A program made the position numbers and the translations under genes. From Geosiphon pyriformis uo1 (taxonomy: Eukaryota > Fungi > Glomeromycota): a stretch of 5,520 bases of DNA. The stretch covers positions 1-5,520 of the forward strand of contig JAAOMT010000378.1 in the NCBI GenBank assembly GCA_016748015.1, read 5' to 3'. Of this stretch, positions 1 through 5,520 are shown one piece after another. Each line of letters opens with the position of its first letter. Position 1 is the first letter of the stretch. The notes under the pieces are model-generated. The model saw nothing but the letters and a program-made list of their open reading frames with translations, did not search any database and was not told the DNA's origin.

Positions 1-23
1 CCCCCCCCCCCTGCCCCCCCCCC
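1..23 (+). repeat. 5' poly-C tract (C11-TG-C10)
   Basis: Read directly from the sequence. Confidence 0.95.
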
Positions 24-1306
24 AACCTGGGTATCTCACCCAAACCAACCTCCCCAAATTACCTACTCCTCCCAAATCCCCCAAACTCCCCCATTAATGG
101 GGGTACATCTGTGGTAACTCTGGGATCATGGATCATATCCTATCCACCTATTTGACTTCTGCTTTGTCATTACCCTCCCTCCTATCGATTTAGGCCTTAA
201 TTTTGCCTATTTCTAGGGGGGCCCCCCCCCCCCCCTTACTTACCCTGCCCATGCATGCTGGAACTTACTGCTTCGCTCACGCTACTACCTGGAACTGGGG
301 GGGGCCTCAGCTCTATTAGCAGCCCTCTCCGGGGAGGCGCGTACAGGTTGTTAGATAGGTATTGATCTTACCTTTACACAGTGATCTCCTTATTAGCTAA
401 CTCTTGGTTCGGACGCGTCTAAAGCTCCTTCACCCGTCTAACCCTTCCTATCCCTATAACGATTCGTACGTAATGGTCTATAGATTAGACATGCCTCACT
501 CAAACCCTTCCTCCACTCCATTCGTAGTGCTTACTCCCTCTTTGGTCCCTACTCCATTTAACCTCCCTACTCCCTCTGTTTATAGACGCGTATCTCCCCG
601 ATCCCGATTTATACCCCCCCCTGTTGTTAAATAGTGGTCCTTTGGGGAGTGCTTGGTTGAAATGATCCTATTGGTCTGCCTATTGTTAGCTGTTGCGTTG
701 TGTTTGGGGTGGTTGTGGGCACTGATTCTAGAATGTTAACCCTTCTTAGCTATGGACTTCCTATCCACTATCCTCATATGATTCTTCTCGTGGAGTACTT
801 TTGCTTAGAGAGTTGGATCCCCTGACCTGTGGTCAATACTGATACTCTCGTTGGAGTTATTACCTTTATTAGGTTACCCGGCATGTCTATTATCCTTCTT
901 TATGCTTGGATTGCATTTAAGGGTTCCTTTGTTTGGTTGGTATCCCTTGAACCTGCTCGATGGATTCCTATTCTTCTAAATCAAAGAGCCTACTTTAGGC
1001 CTGTTAGGTCCCTATTTGCTCTTGAGGATTGGAGTGTTTTATGGTTATCCCCCCCTTTGTTGCAGATAGTTACCATTTGGTCCCATTGCTAACCCACCCC
1101 CTCTCCCCTAGTTTGGCCATTAAGCTTACCTCCTTCTACATCTTGGATATTGCTCCCCATACCTTTGGTCCTTGGTAGGGAAGTTGATCTCATCTTGTAC
1201 AACTCAGATAGTTTATACCTCTTCCTCTTATCCTCTGGTCCCCAACTGTAGGTTGTTATACCCAATTTGCAGAGCTTATAGGTTCCTTATGGCTTCCTAT
1301 CTACAT

Positions 1307-1336
1307 CCCCTATCTAGCCTCCACTAGACTGAGTGG
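1307..1336 (-). repeat. Perfect 30-bp inverted repeat, left copy
   Basis: cccctatctagcctccactagactgagtgg is the exact reverse complement of 3117-3146. Confidence 0.97.
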
Positions 1337-2094
1337 GATCCAGCTCCTTTGGTACTTTGATTATGCCTTAAGATGCCCCATCTCCGAGCTTCTGGTAGCC
1401 CCTAGCTATCTGATCATCCCATGATGGCTCTCCTCCCCTATGGTTATCCTCTGTTTACCCTTGGGGCGTCTCAATGCTTATTTACCTATCTGTAGGAAGG
1501 GTACCGCCCCCCCCCCACCCGAGGTTGCCATTGCTGGCCCTGTATGGTTAAAGCAGTTTACTCATTGAGCTATCATTATCCCTGGTGATCCCCTATCGTT
1601 CAACTTGGTGATCCCATTTATGCGCATCACTGTGGATTTAACCATCAGGTGTACAATCTTAGCCTCTTGTCACCCCCCCCCATTCTTCCACTGCCTTCTC
1701 GGGCCTATCTGCCTTCTTATGGCCCTTTGTGCCCTCTTTACCCTAGGGCTTTGACCACCCCTATGTGCTTAGGTTGTTTGGATTATGAGTTTGGTTAGTT
1801 GGATTCATGGTGTCCTTACCTTATAGTATTTTTACCTGTTCTCATATGTCCAGTCTCTACCCACTTCCTTATGGGGGTTGGCGAGCCTTATGGCTAATAC
1901 TAGTCCCTTACTTTGATACACCCTCCTACCACTTGAACCTCCATTCACTTTGCTTACCTTAGTACTTCACTAGTGGTATTTGCAAAAGCTCCTAATACCT
2001 TTGGGATAGAGTAGATCCTGTTGAGCATTGTGATGGTTGGTTTACCTACCACTCCTTCTTATTAGCTTTAGGTACCCTGTTGACCTGCTATTCA

Positions 2095-2186
2095 CACTTT
2101 GGGGTTTACCCCCCCCCTATTTGGCACTCCTTTAGTAGTGGTTTGGGTTAGGCTTGTGGTATTTTAACCCCTGCAATGGATGGTTA
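2095..2186 (+). repeat. Diverged direct repeat, copy 1
   Basis: Colinear exact blocks shared with 5123-5218: cactttggg, cccctatttggcactc (2114-2129), tattttaacccc, tggatggtta. Confidence 0.9.
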
Positions 2187-2323
2187 GCTTTGATTGGCTT
2201 TGTGACAGATTTCCCCTTTGTACTGTTATTGGGTTGTTGGAGCTGGTTGTTGGCTTTGGTAGGTTGATTGGGGTTCCTATTTGTTCCTGAATACGAGGTT
2301 GGGTTGAATTGGTTGTGGCTAAC

Positions 2324-2635
2324 TCATTTAGTAGGCTTACTGCCCCTATGGTTATTAGATTCTTGTTTGTCAGTTGAACATTGGGTGTACAGTGGGATTG
2401 GTTGTCCGTTTGTTTGGTTATGGCTGCCTTTTATTTGGTTGATACCTTTGCGTTGGTTGATGGTCCCTGTAAGTTCCCATACTTCCTTTATTAGGTGTTT
2501 AGTGTTGTATTCACTATGAAGGCTTGTATCACGCGCTAACCTTTATATGTAGTTATATCTGTTATTGGGTAGCAGGCTTGTCCTCATTGGGCTTCTTGTT
2601 ATTCCCCCCCCCTATAGGACTTTTGTGGAGCTCAT
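2324..2635 (-). CDS. Hypothetical 103-aa ORF under table 6 (MSSTKVL*GGGITRSPMRTSLLPNNRYNYI*RLARDTSLHSEYNTKHLIKEVWELTG...), probably the 5' piece of a longer broken minus-strand ORF
   Basis: ATG at 2635 (minus) lies beside the skew switch. The frame has one TAG and one TAA and is otherwise open to TGA at 2326-2324. No homology recognised. Confidence 0.3.
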
Positions 2636-3116
2636 GGGTTTGGGACGCCCACTAAGCACATAAGGGATAACGGGATAACCAAACCAAACCCCCCCCCCAA
2701 CATCCTCCCGCCAACCGAACCCGACTTCGAGCTAGATCCACATCAACAAGGCCACGATACCAATCAAGCGTATAGTAGCCCTCAGGTACGGGGAGGTAAT
2801 GAAGGTAGAGTAGGAGGGGGTGGGTGAGGGGAGGTCAATAGAGGCTATGATTCAACTCCATATAGTCAAACCCACCAGTATATCTCCCAAGCAAAACGGA
2901 GTACTACCATCAGGGTCCGAGGACAATAGGAGGGGCGATACACCACACCATAATGGTAAATGGGAGACAGAGTGGATTTTGCTCTAAGAGATGGGGTACC
3001 ATCCAAATCTAAGTATAAGGGGAGATGGGTAGCTAGTACCCCCCCCCCGTCGCTGGCTAGCTCGGCTGGATGTGGAGGCTAGAGGCAGAATATGGAGTCA
3101 TTGGGCTATAGCACCA

Positions 3117-3146
3117 CCACTCAGTCTAGTGGAGGCTAGATAGGGG
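3117..3146 (+). repeat. Perfect 30-bp inverted repeat, right copy
   Basis: ccactcagtctagtggaggctagatagggg; contains a small ccact-N6-agtgg hairpin. Confidence 0.97.
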
Positions 3147-3313
3147 CATCTCGTAACAGGGCCCAGTTTGATGTAAAATCTAGAGCCAATAAGTAATCTA
3201 CCCCCAATCGTGAGCCTTGGGGGGGCCTCAGAGGCAGGATCTCTAGCTCCTAGCCGCCAGGCTGGGGGGGCCACAAAACCCCCCTAATAGGGAGTGGTAC
3301 CTACGGGTCCCAC

Positions 3314-3343
3314 CCACTCAGGCTAGGGAGGCTATATCTGGGG
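3314..3343 (+). repeat. Third, diverged copy of the 30-bp motif
   Basis: ccactcaggctag-ggaggctatatctgggg versus ccactcagtctagtggaggctagatagggg; lies 197 bp downstream of the 3117 copy. Confidence 0.85.
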
Positions 3344-4205
3344 TGGACAGGGGAGGTCATAAACCCGATCCGGGCTAACTATTGCAAACCATTGCCCCGC
3401 CCAGGGCAGGGAGTTAGATGAACAAGCAAGTTCAGGAGTTGTACATGAAGCGAAATTTCTTACAACCAGAGGGGGACCAATTGAGGTCGAGGGTAGTGGC
3501 GGAAGAGTAGATGGGGAGGGTAGAGTAGCTATTGGTGGGGTGTCTAACCCCCCCCCTAACCCTAAAGAACTTGGTAAATGATCAACCTAGTAGTAGGCAA
3601 ATCAATGGGTGGAGAGCCAACCGACCCCACCCCCCCCCCCTCTAGTAGCTAACAAAGGGGTACCTGACCAGCCTTAGGCAGGATCCTGAGTCAGAGGCAA
3701 GTGAGAAGGGGTGACAATGGGTAGAGATGGGTATAAAGCTCAAGTATGGGGACATACCTCAAACCCAGCAGTAGTGGCTTAGAACCATAGCCATGAAGGT
3801 AGTAGTTTCGGAAAGAAAGGGCATCCAAATCAATCCATCCGATAGCCATCCCAGAAGAGCATCTAGCCCTTTACTCAAATAAAGCCAAGGCACTATCATC
3901 AAAGCGAGCCAAAGCCTTAGAGTATAGGCAAACCACCCATAAATAAGTATAACACCCAATATACTAGTACCCAACGATATGACTTACAAGAGGATTGGGG
4001 ATAAATCGTATATCCCAGCAAGAATGAGAGCCCTGAGTAAGGATGGCCAAGACCAAATGCTACTTCTGAAATCTACCAAGCAAAGGCCCCTGCCCGGAGG
4101 GCATGGGGGAAGGGCGGGTCTCCAAGTCCGCACCCCCCCACTCCCCCCATCACCAACACGAAACCGGGAGATAGAGAATGGATAGAGCCAGTTTGAGAAT
4201 CCAGG

Positions 4206-5163
4206 ATGAGAATTGGAACCCAAGTAAGGGATCCATAAGATCCCCAACAATAACAGATCAACAAATACTTAGTTAGAATGGATATAAGGCTCCATAAGTT
4301 ATGGAGGAGTATTAGGGAGCTCTATCAACACACAGCACACCAACTATTACAAATAAGCGAGGCGTACCTAGTGGAAGCCATTATAATCAATTCCCACCAT
4401 TACCCAGGATAAAGCCCTGGCCAAATCAATAAGTTTATCCAATCCATCCAAGTCATCAAATAAGGCCAATAACCGTACATTAGTAATAGGATCTCTATCG
4501 ACAAGCCCCAGGCAGGCGGAGAAACGCCCACTAACAATCCCGCATAAAGGATAGGATTCTCCAAAGTATGCTACTATAAATCATGAGACCCATATACCCA
4601 ACCATCAACCAATAACAATATTGTTTTAAGCAGGCAAGGGAGTGGGGCAAGCCTGGAGAGCAATCTGGCGAGAAGTAATAGTAAATCAACGTAAGTACAT
4701 AGAGCTGGATTATAGGAAGTATTATGACCAGCTGAGTAGAGCCAATCCTTAACCACCTAAAAGAGTTGGGGGGGGGAACAATTGACAAACGAAATAGGTA
4801 GGGCAATCCAACCTCTAATTAAGGAGTCACCCCGGTAAATAATGGGTACACAAAGAAGGGCTACCAGTGCTCTAACCTCAGCCCACTACTGTCAATCATA
4901 AGTCTGTAGATCCAACAGGTATACGACTCAGACCAATACAAATATGTAGGGTACACAGATGATTCTATACTATCAATACCAGATAGCTCCCAACAACCAT
5001 AGAAGCAGCACTAACGGACCATAATGCAGGCACAAGGGAGTGGCACTTAACTAAAGGAACGTCAAACCCCAACCAGTACGAAATTCCATTCCTGGGCCTC
5101 AAATACAACACCCAAGATTTGCCACTTTGGGTATTCCTACCCCTATTTGGCACTCATTCTTGA
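4206..5163 (+). pseudogene. Frameshifted reverse transcriptase (retroplasmid/group II-like RT domains 0-7), read with TAA/TAG=Gln; pseudogene or recoded cryptogene
   Basis: Frame 3 from ATG 4206 reads MRIGTQ...INKYLVRMDIRLHKLW...AHQLLQISEAYLVEAII...IKQGQQPYISNRISIDKP (RISIDKP at 4488). Frame 1 then gives KRPLTIP (4522-4542). Frame 2 gives DRILQSMLL*IMRPIYPTINQ*QYCF (4550-4627). Frame 1 gives AGKGVGQAWRAIWREVIVNQRKYIELDYRKYYDQLSR (Asp at 4708). Frame 2 gives PILNHLKELG. GLP is at 4858-4866 (frame 1). Frame 2 gives QCSNLSPLLSII...YKYVGYTDD (YTDD 4952-4963). Frame 3 gives GVALN (5037-5051). Frame 1 gives EIPFLGLKY (FLG 5089-5097) and ends at TGA 5161-5163. Motif order and spacing match known RT domains. 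The true start may lie further upstream. Confidence 0.88.
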
Positions 5164-5218
5164 TTCTGATCGATAGTTGGGGCCTTTATTTTAACCCCCC
5201 CCCCTTGGTGGATGGTTA
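5123..5218 (+). repeat. Diverged direct repeat, copy 2
   Basis: The same four blocks occur at 5123-5131, 5140-5155, 5187-5198 and 5209-5218. Confidence 0.9.
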
Positions 5219-5488
5219 CTCTTAAGATGTCGATTTGTAGGGGTTGGAGGTATATTTGGGGTGCTTTAGTAGCGATGGTAGAGAGTTTAGGGGTGCGAGC
5301 GAGGCGTAGTTGGGGCGCTAGCTAGATGTAGATTTGGTTGAGACTCGAGGTATCTGCCGTAACCTTTAGAGATGCCCCCTGTTTGACCCCCCGGGCCACT
5401 TACCCTATTGGTAGCTAAGTACTATGCTTTGACCCTCCATTTGATACCTATTTGCTAATCCCTTTACCTCCATTTCGTATCTGCCTCT

Positions 5489-5489
<1 letters not shown>

Positions 5490-5520
<31 letters not shown>
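5490..5520 (+). repeat. 3' poly-C tract (31 C, runs to the window end)
   Basis: Read directly from the sequence. Confidence 0.95.

Larger units (their letters stand above)
600..2323 (-). pseudogene. Degenerate coding-like minus-strand arm, in part paralogous to the region upstream of the RT
   Basis: The minus strand here has the same A-rich, T-poor composition as the RT coding strand. It shows patchy colinear similarity to 2650-3940(+), e.g. QGIQLSKQKYSTRR...NHP versus KGIQINPSDSHPRR...NHP. No frame I translated stays free of TGA. The left boundary is approximate. Confidence 0.3.
2650..4205 (+). pseudogene. Degenerate coding-like region upstream of the RT (possible N-terminal extension or ORF1)
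   Basis: Same strand composition as the RT. Frame 1 has no TGA from at least 3781 to 4206 when TAR is read through. No domain recognised. Confidence 0.3.
1..5520. mobile_element. Putative retroplasmid-like retroelement with two divergent, partly homologous arms
   Basis: Contains an RT, mirror-image strand skew, inverted homology between arms and poly-C at both ends. No host gene is recognisable. The element boundaries and family are inferred. Confidence 0.45.

Noticed and set aside
2101-2140. Minus-strand TTKGVPNRGG resembling an RT GVPQGG motif (second RT)
   Set aside because: I found no YxDD or other RT motif at the expected spacing on that strand.
404-2519. Supplied + strand ORFs 404-634, 829-1092 and 2268-2519
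   Set aside because: They are short, start at TTG or GTG, and are low-complexity. Most simply they are antisense shadows of the A-rich minus-strand arm.
4488-4630. Euplotes-type stop-codon-induced frameshifting as the explanation of the shifts
   Set aside because: Shifting only at TAA/TAG would skip KRPLTIP and break the DRILQSMLL*IMRP segment. Most required shifts do not sit at stop codons.
4515-5062. Tiny spliceosomal introns explaining the frame changes
   Set aside because: Motif spacing shows bases missing rather than extra, and no GT...AG units sit at the shift sites I examined.
3759-5153. Supplied - strand hydrophobic ORFs (3759-3974, 3984-4250, 4073-4264, 4531-4806, 4574-4756, 4965-5153)
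   Set aside because: They are antisense to the RT arm, and their hydrophobicity follows from the T-rich strand.
5098-5490. Group II intron (maturase X domain, domain V)
   Set aside because: No X domain or recognisable domain V hairpin follows the RT by eye.
1-5520. Ambivirus-like ambisense circular RNA virus (similar size and two-strand layout)
   Set aside because: The polymerase motifs are RT-type (PQx..SP, YTDD, FLG), not RdRp GDD, and I found no hammerhead core (CTGANGA...GAAA) by eye. A covariance-model search was not run.

Overview
The supplied ORF track misses the main content of this window. On the + strand at about 4206-5163 there is a cryptic reverse transcriptase. Its motifs appear in the correct order: RISIDKP, KRPLTIP, DRILQSMLL, QYCF/AGKGVGQAW, IELDYRKYYD, GLP(Q)CSNLSPLL, YTDD, GVALN and FLG. 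They can only be read if TAA/TAG encode an amino acid (Gln fits; translation table 6) and if about 8-9 frame changes are allowed, nearly all of them +1 (equivalent to -2). The motif style looks like retroplasmid/group II-type RTs rather than LTR or LINE RTs; this is from memory, not a search. The window consists of two divergent arms with mirror-image A/T skew that switches at about 2640-2690. The arms are diverged inverted copies of each other over about 1.2 kb, including one perfect 30-bp inverted repeat. A diverged direct copy of part of the left arm starts right after the RT FLG motif. Both ends are poly-C on the same strand. My best reading is a retroplasmid-like element from a eukaryote using TAR=Gln, either decayed, mis-sequenced, or dependent on recoding/editing. 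All translations and alignments were done by eye.
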